A program made the translations under genes and the position numbers. This document shows, one piece after another, positions 8,934-18,870 of a DNA stretch of 64,000 nucleotides. The notes under the pieces are model-generated. The model saw nothing but the letters and a program-made list of their open reading frames with translations. It did no database searches and was not told the DNA's origin. The first letter of the stretch is position 1; each line of letters starts with the position of its first letter. The DNA is from an uncultured archaeon (GTDB lineage Archaea; Altiarchaeota; Altiarchaeia; JAFGQM01), in NCBI GenBank assembly GCA_964619365.1, contig CAZUDQ010000001.1, positions 50,929-114,928 of the forward strand, written 5' to 3'.

Positions 8934-10223
8934 ATGCAAGTAATAGAGATATACCTTGAGCCTGGAGAAGGCAAGAAAGGTGCGGCCATACTTGACGAGC
9001 TAGGTGTCCAGGGCTTTGACTTGATAAGCTCAAAGACAAACGATCTTATAACAATAAGGCGCCCACTTGATAAAACAGACAGTATCATATCGGCATTTGA
9101 AAGCAACTTCAACTTCAAGGTATCAGAAAGCCGCGGGATAATAGTCCTTAGCCCGGATGTCGTAATCCCAAAGGAGGAATATGATTCTGCAAAAAAGAAA
9201 TCTGAAAAAAGCCCTTGGGAAGTACTTGTAGATTATGGTGAGAACAACTGCAACCTTGACTCAAAGTTCATCGCGCTTTTTTTCTTTTCCATAATACTTG
9301 CAACTCTTGGACTCATAACAAATAATGTTGCAGTCATTGTCGGTGCGATGATAATTGCTCCGGCCTTTGGCCCGCTTGCATCAGCCTCAATTGGGATAGT
9401 CACTGGACGTCCCAGCCTAATCGGAAAAGGGATAAAGACTGAACTCGTCGGAATTGCTTTTGTCATAGTAATTGCTGCAGTAATTGCCTTCCTTCTCCCG
9501 GATGTTGGGATGAATGAATCCCTTAGGAGCAGGATGTATCCAACGATTTATGACCTTGTAATCGCCCTTGCAGCAGGTGCTGCCGGAGGTTATGTACTTG
9601 TCTCAAGCAAGCAGTATGCAAACGTCGTTGGCGTCATGGTCGCAGCAGCCCTTGTCCCTGTAATGGCCGCAATTGGTATAAGCATAACGTTTTTTGAACC
9701 AAGTATGGTCTTTGGGGCAATACTCCTTCTTCTTGCAAACGTCGTCTCAATTGTCTTTTCAATTGTCCTGGTCCTCTGGTTTGCAGGACCAAAGAAGGAA
9801 AAAGTCGATGTGACTTATGGGGAAAGCAAGAAAAAAGAGGATGTTGGAAAACTTGTTGGCAACATAAGGGACGCGCGGGACTTAAAGCGGAAGGAAAGAA
9901 GCGTTGCGCGGGCAATAAAGGTTCTTTTCCTTGCAATAGCACTTATTGCAATCGTCCTTGTATGGGTTAGCTACGATGATCTCATAATGCGAAGTCCTGA
10001 AGAAACAGTAAGGGAGGCTTTTGAGGAATCTGCAATACCGGGACTCAGCCTTGGTGAGGTGTGGGTAACTGGGAATGTACTGCGCGTACTTGCTTTGGAA
10101 TATGAGTCTGTTGATAACAAAGAACTCTCAAAACTTGAAAATACGATTTCTGCAAGAATAGGTCCGGCATACACAATTGAGATGAATGTAGTGGGTGCGC
10201 GAACACTTAGCGGGGGCACGTAG
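8934..10223 (+). CDS. TIGR00341/DUF389 family membrane protein
   Basis: LATLGL..NNVAVIVGAMIIAP..GP, DL.IALAAGAAG, VGVMVAAALVP motifs. Confidence 0.85.
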   Translation: MQVIEIYLEPGEGKKGAAILDELGVQGFDLISSKTNDLITIRRPLDKTDSIISAFESNFNFKVSESRGIIVLSPDVVIPKEEYDSAKKKSEKSPWEVLVDYGENNCNLDSKFIALFFFSIILATLGLITNNVAVIVGAMIIAPAFGPLASASIGIVTGRPSLIGKGIKTELVGIAFVIVIAAVIAFLLPDVGMNESLRSRMYPTIYDLVIALAAGAAGGYVLVSSKQYANVVGVMVAAALVPVMAAIGISITFFEPSMVFGAILLLLANVVSIVFSIVLVLWFAGPKKEKVDVTYGESKKKEDVGKLVGNIRDARDLKRKERSVARAIKVLFLAIALIAIVLVWVSYDDLIMRSPEETVREAFEESAIPGLSLGEVWVTGNVLRVLALEYESVDNKELSKLENTISARIGPAYTIEMNVVGARTLSGGT

Positions 10224-10300
10224 GCTAAGGTATAAGCTAATTAGGCATTTGGGTATGATTAATAATAACGATACTTAAGGAGCGTCTAGTTATTACGATA

Positions 10301-11806
10301 TTAGGCTACTGTAAATGGATTCTCACCTTCTGCAATAGCTAAAGCGTAGGCCAACTTAGACTTGCTTTGTGCATATAATGTATAGAGTGGCTCGCCGATT
10401 TCAGCCTTTTCCCCAGCTTTTTTGTGCAGGTACATGCCAGCCCGCGGATCCTTTGGACATCCTGCGGTCTTTGCAAGATTTGCGACAAGTGAATTTGAAA
10501 GAGCTGTTATCTTGCCGGATTCTGTTGCAAGTATATCCTTTTTGAACCTGCCGATTGCGATATCAGATGGTTTAATCATCGGGTTTCCACCCTGTATTTT
10601 TATTATCTCGCGCATCTTTTTTTCTGCGGCGCCAGACTCAAGAGCTTCGCGCGCGTCCTTCTCACCGTCTTTGACAGATTTTGCCCCGTCTGAAAACGCC
10701 ATTATTTCTCCTGTCATCATGATACTCTTTTCAGTAAGGTCCATTGGGCCTTGTCCTGCTAGTGCCCACAAAACATCTCTTGCTTCAAGTGCCGGACCTA
10801 TGCCGTTTCCGATTGGTTGTGCCCCTTTTGTGTAGATACAATGGACTTTCATGTTGACATGCTCTCCAAGATTAATAAATTTCTTTCCGAGTTCTTCAGC
10901 CGCCTTTTTTGTGGATATCTTGGCGCCGGGTCCATGAGGTAAATCTATTAAGACGTAGTTGCTTCCGACACTCTTTTTCTTTGAGATTATGCTCGCAAGT
11001 ACCTGTCCTTCGGCATCAATTGAGAGGGGGTATTCGACATGGATTATCTTATCATCTGCCGGGGCAAGGTTGACTGCCCCCCCCCAGACTATGCATCCGC
11101 CTGTTTTATTTACAAATTTCTTTATGTCGCTTGCACCATAGGAAACCGGGCACAATACTTCCATAGTATCTGCAGTTCCTGCAGGAGAGGTTATCGCACG
11201 TGATGAAGTCTTTGGCATCTTAAGCCCTAATGAGGTGCATATCGGAACAACCATCATTGTCGTCCTGTTTCCAGGTATTCCCCCGATGCAATGCTTGTCT
11301 ATTACCTTACCTTCAAATTCTAACTTGTCTCCTGTTTCCACCATGGCAACAGTAAGTTTGCATGTCTCTTTCCATGTGTAACCATGTATGGCAGCTGCCG
11401 TTACAAAGGCACTTAGCTCGATGTCTGAGAGCTTGTCATCGACAATGTCGCTTACAATCGTAGTTATTTCGTATTCAGAGAGTTCTTCACCGAATATCTT
11501 TTTTCTTATGAATCCGATAGACTCTGGTTTTGGGCGCGGACAAACATAGACTTGTGACTTTGGTGAAAGCTTCATCTCACAGGCTAGTTCGTTAAATACG
11601 CCGACTTCCCCCGCTGAGACCATGGTATCGGTTATATCAACAATTCCAACTTCGCCAAGGTCACATGACTTGCTACGGGAAAGACTGACACGGTCACCAA
11701 CGTGTATGCCTAAGTGCTCGCAGTCTATCTCATGTAAAAGTACTATGCTGTTTCCTGCATCAATATCTATAGACCGTACTTTAAGGCGTCCTAAACTGTT
11801 GTCCAT
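10301..11806 (-). CDS. deoA: AMP phosphorylase
   Basis: N-terminal beta-barrel extension plus thymidine-phosphorylase core DKHCIGGIPGNRT, PKTSSRAITSPAGTADTMEVL; adjacent to RuBisCO. Confidence 0.95.
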   Translation of the reverse strand: MDNSLGRLKVRSIDIDAGNSIVLLHEIDCEHLGIHVGDRVSLSRSKSCDLGEVGIVDITDTMVSAGEVGVFNELACEMKLSPKSQVYVCPRPKPESIGFIRKKIFGEELSEYEITTIVSDIVDDKLSDIELSAFVTAAAIHGYTWKETCKLTVAMVETGDKLEFEGKVIDKHCIGGIPGNRTTMMVVPICTSLGLKMPKTSSRAITSPAGTADTMEVLCPVSYGASDIKKFVNKTGGCIVWGGAVNLAPADDKIIHVEYPLSIDAEGQVLASIISKKKSVGSNYVLIDLPHGPGAKISTKKAAEELGKKFINLGEHVNMKVHCIYTKGAQPIGNGIGPALEARDVLWALAGQGPMDLTEKSIMMTGEIMAFSDGAKSVKDGEKDAREALESGAAEKKMREIIKIQGGNPMIKPSDIAIGRFKKDILATESGKITALSNSLVANLAKTAGCPKDPRAGMYLHKKAGEKAEIGEPLYTLYAQSKSKLAYALAIAEGENPFTVA

Positions 11807-11814
11807 TGTCTTAT

Positions 11815-13083
11815 TTAGGCTTTAACTACGCCCCATTTTTTTATTGCAACGGAAAGCTCGCTGTTTGTTTTTGCAGCTTCTTTTAAGGTCTTGCCATCGG
11901 CTACTGCCTGAGCTGCCTGCCTTAGTGAGGCCGCGCCTGCTATTGTCCCACCGGGATGTCCATGCACCCCACCACCTGCCTGTAGGATTATATCCTTTCC
12001 AAGATATTTGACAATTGCCGAAACGTGACCTGCATGAAGACCACCAGAACAAACTGGGAATGTTGATTTCATCTTGAGCCAGTCCTGGTCAAGAACATCG
12101 CCATGCTCTTTAATCTCTTGTTCTGAAATCTCATTTTTAATGTCGATTATCTCCTGCTTCCCACCCTGCATCTTGCCGACTATAGTTCCGATGTGAAGCT
12201 GGTCCATCCCGACCATCCTTAAGCATTTTGCATAGGCAAGCATTGTGATTCCGTGCTTTGGATTGCGGGTGAGCATTGCATGTCCTGCCCGGTGTGCATG
12301 TATCACAAGGTCAAGACCTACGTCTCTTAGCGTCTGGAGACCAGAAAATCCGCATGTGAGAACGTCAACCATGACATATTCACCGCCCGTTTCCTTTACG
12401 AATTCTGCGCGCTTTATCATCTCGTTTGTTTCAGCAGTCACATTTGGCATGTAAATCTTCTTTTCGCCGGTTTCTTTCTCTGCTTTATCCCTAAGCTTAA
12501 GGACTTCGGGGATGCGCTTGTAGAATGGATTAAATGTCTGGGAAGTTAAGTTCTCATCATCTTTTACTATGTCAAGACCGCCTGCCCAGGCCTCATATGC
12601 CACTTTTGCATGCTCTTTATAGTTAAGTCCTACTTTTGGCTTGACGATTGTTCCCACAAGCGGCCGGTCATAGACTTTAAGGAGCTTTCTTACGCCAGGT
12701 ATTCCAAACTTTGGCCCGGGAAAGCTCTTTATCATCTTTTGGGGAAAGCCAATATCAAGAAGGCGCAGATTGCTAACAGCTTTCATTCCATAGATGTTTC
12801 CGGCAATTGATGACCAGATTTCAGGCATCGAACCTTTTTCGAAAAGCTTGAGTGGGTATGCAATCTTTGTTGTTTTCTTTTTTTTATCAATTTCAAAAAC
12901 ACGCGCCGAAAGCTCCTCTTTTGTCTCTTTAGAAAGAGTAGTAAGTTCTGTCCAGGTACCTATGCTTGATTCTGCAGCAACTTCCTCGCATGCTTTTTCA
13001 AGCGTTATCCCGTTTGGCTCAAGATAATATTTGCAGATTATATCAGTTTCTGCAGGCTTATATTTTAAATCTAGGTAGGTCAT
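11815..13083 (-). CDS. rbcL: Form III ribulose-bisphosphate carboxylase
   Basis: AAESSIGTW, GTIVKPK, carbamylation motif KDDEN, HAHRA, loop-6 GKM, SGG and QAGGG; 422 aa. Confidence 0.96.
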   Translation of the reverse strand: MTYLDLKYKPAETDIICKYYLEPNGITLEKACEEVAAESSIGTWTELTTLSKETKEELSARVFEIDKKKKTTKIAYPLKLFEKGSMPEIWSSIAGNIYGMKAVSNLRLLDIGFPQKMIKSFPGPKFGIPGVRKLLKVYDRPLVGTIVKPKVGLNYKEHAKVAYEAWAGGLDIVKDDENLTSQTFNPFYKRIPEVLKLRDKAEKETGEKKIYMPNVTAETNEMIKRAEFVKETGGEYVMVDVLTCGFSGLQTLRDVGLDLVIHAHRAGHAMLTRNPKHGITMLAYAKCLRMVGMDQLHIGTIVGKMQGGKQEIIDIKNEISEQEIKEHGDVLDQDWLKMKSTFPVCSGGLHAGHVSAIVKYLGKDIILQAGGGVHGHPGGTIAGAASLRQAAQAVADGKTLKEAAKTNSELSVAIKKWGVVKA

Positions 13084-13175
13084 TTTGTCTAAACTGTATT
13101 TGGGCTTTTAGTTACACAAATATTAGCAGGACTATGATAAAAGGATTTTTCAAATATTGTTAAATAGATACACTT

Positions 13176-13844
13176 TCACTTAAACATTCTGGTGTATTCT
13201 CTTATGTCATCGGATGAAAGCGAGCATCCTGAACGTTTTAAGGATACAAGACAGGCTTCAAACATATGACGGGGTTCGGCTGAAAAATATTTAGCCAGTA
13301 TACCTTTCTCAAAACAAACTGCAACAAGTTCGGCAGACCGTATTATCTCAACTCCTTTACAGTACTTTTGAAACTCTTTTGCTCGCGCAAAATCCATTGT
13401 TATGTGACGATGGAGCCTGTGGTGAAGAAGTGAAAGCAAGTCTTTTGGCTGCTCAATAAGATAACGCAGGGTTCGCTCGTCCATCAAAAGAACGTCCCCG
13501 TCGTTTGCCAGAGCAAGTGCCTCGGCCTCCCCTTGTTGGATTATGTGAAGCTCTTTGCCTTTTGCCCTGTAAACTGAATTGGCGACATCCATTATCCCAT
13601 AGACCTCTTTTTTATCTGGAGTCTCAAGCTTTAGGATACCTGAATCAAGCATTGCGCGAAACTTCATCGGACCCATGAGATGATTTCCGCGTTTTTCGGG
13701 AGTTGTTATTATTTCTTCAACGACGGCAGGAGTTATTATGAAATCGGCATATTTTGATAGTTCAAACACCAGAGGTGTCATGCAATTAATGGAAAGTGAG
13801 ATTAGTGCGCCTGAATCGCATATCACTCTTTTTTTCTCAGTCAT
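13176..13844 (-). CDS. PIN-domain protein (COG2405/DUF3368-like)
   Basis: VICDSGALI, ITPAVVEE, GEAEALALA, LLMDER acidic PIN residues. Confidence 0.72.
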   Translation of the reverse strand: MTEKKRVICDSGALISLSINCMTPLVFELSKYADFIITPAVVEEIITTPEKRGNHLMGPMKFRAMLDSGILKLETPDKKEVYGIMDVANSVYRAKGKELHIIQQGEAEALALANDGDVLLMDERTLRYLIEQPKDLLSLLHHRLHRHITMDFARAKEFQKYCKGVEIIRSAELVAVCFEKGILAKYFSAEPRHMFEACLVSLKRSGCSLSSDDIREYTRMFK

Positions 13845-14409
13845 CTTTTATGTTAAAAATGCGCCTTGCGCTCTCAAATCGTTTTGCGTTTGACCTAGAC
13901 CCTTTTAGCTCGTGGATTTTTGTCGTGCCAACATATGATGAGACTTCGGAGGGCTCGGCGCCCGTCATTTCTGATGCGCGCCTTACTGAAAAACCCTTGG
14001 AATAAAGGCTTGCGGCTTTCTTGATTTTTGCCTTATCAATGAGGGTGTCCTCGAAATTGCCTTCTTTTCTGTCAAGGTCAACAACCCGGTTTTCTGCATC
14101 TTCAAGAGCAAGAAGAGTCTGCTTTTTTGGACCCGCAAGTGCTCGCTTTAAGTCGTTTATTATCTGGTCATAAAACTTTTCTGGCAAGCCCTTGTAGTGG
14201 ACTTTTGTCATTAGTTTTGAAAGGGAGTAGTCAAGGAGACCTATAAGCATAAGCTCCCTATGGCTTTCGACAGCCGCCTCTGCGCTTGCCTCTTCTGAAA
14301 CACGACGCAGGGCAAGGTCTTCTCTTGCCTCAATTGCGATTATCGAGTCCTCAATATATTTTTTGAGGCTTATATAAGCGTCATTTGATTCAGTTTTTGG
14401 TTGAGGCAT
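13837..14409 (-). CDS. Helical protein with C-terminal HTH resembling UPF0175/COG2886 antitoxins
   Basis: AASLYSKGFSVRRASEMTG HTH-like segment; stop overlaps the PIN gene start. Start taken as ATG 14409 (MPQPK). Confidence 0.55.
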   Translation of the reverse strand: MPQPKTESNDAYISLKKYIEDSIIAIEAREDLALRRVSEEASAEAAVESHRELMLIGLLDYSLSKLMTKVHYKGLPEKFYDQIINDLKRALAGPKKQTLLALEDAENRVVDLDRKEGNFEDTLIDKAKIKKAASLYSKGFSVRRASEMTGAEPSEVSSYVGTTKIHELKGSRSNAKRFESARRIFNIKDD

Positions 14410-14411
14410 TT

Positions 14412-15293
14412 TTAGAGTTCCCATGCGAATTTTTCCTTTAAGACTTCATATGCCATATACGGCGGGATTATTCCGTCTTCGGTTACAATTATGTCAATGT
14501 ACTCTGGCGGCGTAAAGTCAAATGCTGGGTTCCACATCTTAACTCCGCGCATCGGCGGGCGGATTTCAGCATTGTCACGCTCTTCAACTTCAATCAGGCT
14601 GCCGTCCATCGTCTGGGGTGAGAATTTTATCGTCTCGCAGGCAACAATAACTGGAATATTTGCCTCGTGAGCAAGAGTTGCAATCTGGCTTGTTCCAATC
14701 TTATTTGCAACAGCGCCGTTTGCAGCAACCGTGTCGGCGCCGATTACTACTTTATCGATGTCAAAATGCTTAATCGCAAAGCGGACTGCAGAGTCTACAA
14801 TCATCGTCACATCAACTTTGCTTTTTGCAAGGGCTGCAGCTGTCAAATAGCCTTGGTTTCTCGGGCGCGTTTCAGTGCAGATGGCTTTAATCTTTTTTGT
14901 CTTTGATGCCTCGACTATGACGTCAATTGCCGCAGTCGAGTTGCAGTGCGTAAGAATCGTGTCGCCTTTTTCAACCCTTTTTGCGCCGTTCTTTGCTACT
15001 TTTTCAAGGGCAGCTTCCTGCTCTTTTATGAACTTATCGATTATTTTTGGAAGCTTATCTTGTGGATTTTCCTTAGACAAGTAAACACAATAGTCAACCG
15101 CGTTTGGAAGCGAGACTGCAGTCGGACGCGCCGCCTTTAAGACTTTTGCAGCTTTAAGGAAATCGCGTGAGAAGTTTTTTCCAGAGTAGTCTCTCGCATA
15201 CTTGCTAAGGGAGTCTGCAGCGGATGTCGCAATCTTTAGTGCGCCACGAATCTCCATTGACTTGATTTTCCGGGCAGTAGTTTGTGGATCCAA
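14412..15293 (-). CDS. Ribose-1,5-bisphosphate isomerase (eIF-2B-like)
   Basis: MEIRGA, RPTAVSL.NA, ILTHCNS, ETRP..QG, GADTV, NKIGT, NPAFD.TP; same cluster as RuBisCO and AMP phosphorylase. Confidence 0.93.
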   Translation of the reverse strand: MDPQTTARKIKSMEIRGALKIATSAADSLSKYARDYSGKNFSRDFLKAAKVLKAARPTAVSLPNAVDYCVYLSKENPQDKLPKIIDKFIKEQEAALEKVAKNGAKRVEKGDTILTHCNSTAAIDVIVEASKTKKIKAICTETRPRNQGYLTAAALAKSKVDVTMIVDSAVRFAIKHFDIDKVVIGADTVAANGAVANKIGTSQIATLAHEANIPVIVACETIKFSPQTMDGSLIEVEERDNAEIRPPMRGVKMWNPAFDFTPPEYIDIIVTEDGIIPPYMAYEVLKEKFAWEL

Positions 15294-15440
15294 TTTTTAG
15301 AGCTAAATAGATTATGGGTTAGGCAAATAAAAGGCTAACCTGAAGTTTTTAAAAAGTAAGAAAATCTTACTTTTGCTTTTTTCACCCTTTTTTATCTCGC
15401 TGCGCTCAAAATTGGCAGTTTAATATTAGAATAATTTACA

Positions 15441-16697
15441 ATGGGCCAAACAATTGCTCAAAAGATACTCGGGAAGCATGCGGGCAAAGATGTAGTAAAG
15501 GTGGGTGATACCATCGAAGCGAAGATAGACTATGTCATGGTCAATGACGTAACCGGCCTTCCAGCATTTGAAGTGTATGACGAACATTTTTCGGGTACGG
15601 TGCCAAAGACTGAAAAAATCGTCCTCATCCCAGACCATTATGTTCCAAATAAGGATGTTAAGAGTGCTGAACAGGCCAAGGCCATGCGCGTTTTTGCAAA
15701 GAAATATAATATAAAGAATTATTATGAGGTCGGGCGCGGAGGCGTCTGCCACCAAGTTATGATAGAACAGGGCTTTGCGGCTCCCGGAAGACTGGTAGTC
15801 GGCGCTGACTCTCACACTTGTTCCTACGGTGCTCTCGGCGCACTATCAACTGGAATAGGTTCGACTGAAGCGGCATGTGCTATGGCAACCGGAGAACTTT
15901 GGTTCAAAGTCCCTGAGACCCAAAAGAGTATTGTTGAAGGAAAGCTAGGCCCTTATGTCATGGGTAAAGACATAATACTTCACGTAATTGGCGACATAGG
16001 TGTTGAAGGCTCGCTTTACCGTTCAATGGAGTGGTACGGCTCAACAATAACCGAGCTACCGCTAGCTGACAGGATATCAATTTCAAACATGGCAATAGAG
16101 TGCGGAGGAAAAGCCGGAATAATCCCCGCCGACGCTAAAGTTGATGATTATCTAAAAGGGCGCGTCCGTGGAACTTATGAAAAAGTCTATGCGGATCCCG
16201 ACGCAGAGTATTGTGATACGTTTAATTATGATGCAACGACTATCGTACCGACTGTAGCTGAGCCTTTCCTTCCGGAAAATGCAAAAGCGGCGCGCGACTG
16301 CGATGTAAAAATAGACCAGGCATACCTTGGTTCCTGCACCAACGGAAGAATTGAAGATATGCGCGCAGCAGCGCAGATTCTAAAGGGTAAAACAATAGAT
16401 GACGATGTGCGCATGATTGTAGTTCCCGCATCAACTGACGTTCAGCGCCGGATGATTGAGGAAGGACTTTATAAGATTTTCATGGACGCAGGAGCCTTCC
16501 TTTCAGGGCCCACATGCGGCGCCTGTCTTGGCGGTTATATGGGAATACTTGGAAAGGACGAAGTCTGCGTATCAACGACAAACAGGAATTTCATAGGACG
16601 AATGGGTGATAAGGAGTCAAAGACCTACCTTGCAAACCCTTATGTTGTTGCAGCATCGGCCCTCACTGGAAGGATAACTGATCCAAACGAGCTTTAG
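15441..16697 (+). CDS. leuC: 3-isopropylmalate dehydratase/homoaconitase family large subunit
   Basis: DH..P, GVCHQ, GADSHTC, GSCTNGR, CGACLG, STTNRNF.GRMG. Confidence 0.9.
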   Translation: MGQTIAQKILGKHAGKDVVKVGDTIEAKIDYVMVNDVTGLPAFEVYDEHFSGTVPKTEKIVLIPDHYVPNKDVKSAEQAKAMRVFAKKYNIKNYYEVGRGGVCHQVMIEQGFAAPGRLVVGADSHTCSYGALGALSTGIGSTEAACAMATGELWFKVPETQKSIVEGKLGPYVMGKDIILHVIGDIGVEGSLYRSMEWYGSTITELPLADRISISNMAIECGGKAGIIPADAKVDDYLKGRVRGTYEKVYADPDAEYCDTFNYDATTIVPTVAEPFLPENAKAARDCDVKIDQAYLGSCTNGRIEDMRAAAQILKGKTIDDDVRMIVVPASTDVQRRMIEEGLYKIFMDAGAFLSGPTCGACLGGYMGILGKDEVCVSTTNRNFIGRMGDKESKTYLANPYVVAASALTGRITDPNEL

Positions 16698-16710
16698 GTT
16701 AGACAAGAAA

Positions 16711-17193
16711 ATGAAAATAGAAGGAAAGGCCTGGAAATTTGGGGACAACGTCGATACTGACCAGATAATTCCTGCAAAATACTTAATCACAGGCGACCTT
16801 AAGGAGCTTGCAGCTCACGCTTTTGAAAATGTTCGCCCAGAGTTTGTGGATGAAGTAAAGAAGGGTGATATGATTGTTGCCGAAAACAACTTTGGCTGTG
16901 GAAGCTCAAGGGAACATGCACCTCGCGCGCTCATTGGCGCCGGGATAAGCTGTGTCATTGCCAAATCATTTGCAAGGATATTTTATCGTAACTCAATAAA
17001 CATTGGCCTCCCGTTAATAGAAACGGATATTCCATGTGAAGAAGGCGATATTTTTGAAGTTGATTTTGATGAAGGTATTGTCAAGAATAAGACTAAGGGG
17101 GCAACAGCCTCATTCCCCCCAATGCCTGAATTCCTAAGGGAAATGAGCAAGGCTGGCGGTCTTGTAGAATACTCTAAGAGAAAACTTGGTTAG
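16711..17193 (+). CDS. leuD: 3-isopropylmalate dehydratase small subunit
   Basis: GDNVDTDQIIPAKYLIT, NFGCGSSREHA, FARIFYRNSINIG. Specificity loop is YLIT, not the homoaconitase YLRT. Confidence 0.9.
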   Translation: MKIEGKAWKFGDNVDTDQIIPAKYLITGDLKELAAHAFENVRPEFVDEVKKGDMIVAENNFGCGSSREHAPRALIGAGISCVIAKSFARIFYRNSINIGLPLIETDIPCEEGDIFEVDFDEGIVKNKTKGATASFPPMPEFLREMSKAGGLVEYSKRKLG

Positions 17194-17194
17194 T

Positions 17195-17536
17195 CTATTG
17201 TTTGTCTGTGAGGAAAACACAGGAGTCTTTTCTCACTTCCCCTTTTCTTGCCACATCTGAGTGTAATGGAAGTTCACTTTTTTCTTGTATGTGTCTTATC
17301 AACCGTTTAGTGCCAATACCTTTTCTTTCAAGAGCTTCCTTATTGCTGGATATATGTGTCAGTATTCTTTTTGCGTCATCTTTATCCAACTTAACGCGCA
17401 TATTCTCGCAACATTCACCACATACCCTACAGGATGAGCCCCCAGGTCCTATCCCTAAAAGATGAAGTTCCTGTGCGGATGTGCCCCTGCATCTTTTCGG
17501 TTTTATAGAATGCACAGAACATTTCCTTACTCTCAT
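17195..17536 (-). CDS. YkgJ/CxxCxxCC-type cysteine-cluster protein, apparently C-terminally truncated
   Basis: CRVCGECC...CVFL then stop; lacks the usual downstream C.IY..RP..C segment. Confidence 0.5.
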   Translation of the reverse strand: MRVRKCSVHSIKPKRCRGTSAQELHLLGIGPGGSSCRVCGECCENMRVKLDKDDAKRILTHISSNKEALERKGIGTKRLIRHIQEKSELPLHSDVARKGEVRKDSCVFLTDKQ

Positions 17537-17598
17537 AATGATTTAATCATTGAAAAGAGAAAAAGTCTTTTTATCTCTCTACTCGAAAATAAGGAGAA

Positions 17599-18726
17599 AT
17601 GACACATAAAGTTGCACTTATCCCGGGAGACGGTATAGGAAAAGAAGTCGTACCCCAAGGTGTCAAAGTATTAAACACTGCGGCAGATAAATTTGGGTTT
17701 TCTATTGACTGGGAAGAGTTTCCCTTTGGCTCTGATAATTACTTAAAGACCGGAGAAGTCCTAAGCGACGAGTCACTTGAGGCTGTCGGGAAGAACAAGG
17801 CGATATATCTTGGCGCGCTTGGTGACCCAAGAGTAAAGCCCGGAATACTTGAAAAGGGAATCCTCCTTAAACTTCGTTTTGCATTTGACGAGTATGTCAA
17901 CTTGCGCCCGGTCAAGCTTCTTCCAAGCATAAAGAGTCCGCTTGCAGGGAAAGGACCAGATGACATAAACTTTGATGTCATTCGTGAGAACACAGAGGAC
18001 TTTTATGTCGGACTTGGTGGACGCGCTAAGACTGGAACGAGCAAAAAAGAGCTACTTCTTATTAGAGAACTTCACAAGACCAAGTTTGGTCTTGACATTG
18101 AAACAGACTCTGAAGAGATAGCATACCAGATAGGCATGATGAGTAAGGAAGGCGCAACGCGTGTTATAGACTACGCTTTTGACTTATGCAAGAAAAAGAA
18201 TGGGAAAAGACGTGTGACGGCAGTCGATAAGGCTAATGTTTTATCCGACATGTATGGTCTTTGGCGCGAAGCTGCTGTTGAGGTTTCGGCAAAATATCCC
18301 GGAATCGAGCTTGAATACAATTATGTTGATGCAATAACTATGTATTTTATCACAAAGCCACAGTGGTTTGATGTTGTTGTCTCACCAAATCTCTTTGGCG
18401 ACATAATAACAGACCTTGGGGCCTGCATACAGGGCGGAATAGGTCTTGCAGTTTCAGGGAACATAAACCCGAAAGGGACTTCAATGTTTGAACCTGTGCA
18501 TGGTTCAGCACCTGATATCGCCGGGAAAAACATCGCAAACCCCTGCGCGACAATTCTTGCTGGAGCTCTGATGCTTAAGGAACTTGGCGAAAATGAAGCC
18601 GGGAACGCGGTAACAATGGCAGTTGAAAAGGTTCTTGCCGATGGCAAAGTGCGCACTGGCGACCTTGGCGGCAGTTCAAAATGTTCTGAAATGGGTGATG
18701 CAATACTAGAAAAGTTGTTGGAGTAG
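17599..18726 (+). CDS. leuB: Isopropylmalate/isocitrate dehydrogenase family enzyme, probably 3-isopropylmalate dehydrogenase
   Basis: [47 protein letters not shown]; clustered with leuCD. Confidence 0.85.
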   Translation: MTHKVALIPGDGIGKEVVPQGVKVLNTAADKFGFSIDWEEFPFGSDNYLKTGEVLSDESLEAVGKNKAIYLGALGDPRVKPGILEKGILLKLRFAFDEYVNLRPVKLLPSIKSPLAGKGPDDINFDVIRENTEDFYVGLGGRAKTGTSKKELLLIRELHKTKFGLDIETDSEEIAYQIGMMSKEGATRVIDYAFDLCKKKNGKRRVTAVDKANVLSDMYGLWREAAVEVSAKYPGIELEYNYVDAITMYFITKPQWFDVVVSPNLFGDIITDLGACIQGGIGLAVSGNINPKGTSMFEPVHGSAPDIAGKNIANPCATILAGALMLKELGENEAGNAVTMAVEKVLADGKVRTGDLGGSSKCSEMGDAILEKLLE

Positions 18727-18775
18727 GCTTTTTAATCTTTTTACTCAAATTAGGCGCGAGTTCTTATTTTATTTT

Positions 18776-18860
18776 GCGGGGATGCCGGAGCTTGGTCAAA
18801 CGGGCAGGACTTAAGATCCTGTGGCTTAGGCCTTCATGGGTTCGAATCCCATTCCCCGCA
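18776..18860 (+). tRNA. tRNA-Leu(TAA)
   Basis: GCGGGGA/TCCCCGC acceptor stem, CAGGA-CTTAAGA-TCCTG anticodon arm, long variable arm, ATGGG-TTCGAAT-CCCAT T arm; CCA not encoded. Confidence 0.96.
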
Positions 18861-18870
18861 TTCTTTATAC

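Noticed and set aside
10224-10300. TAATAAC/GTTATTA inverted repeat between convergent genes
   Set aside because: Short and AT-rich; at most a terminator and plausibly chance.
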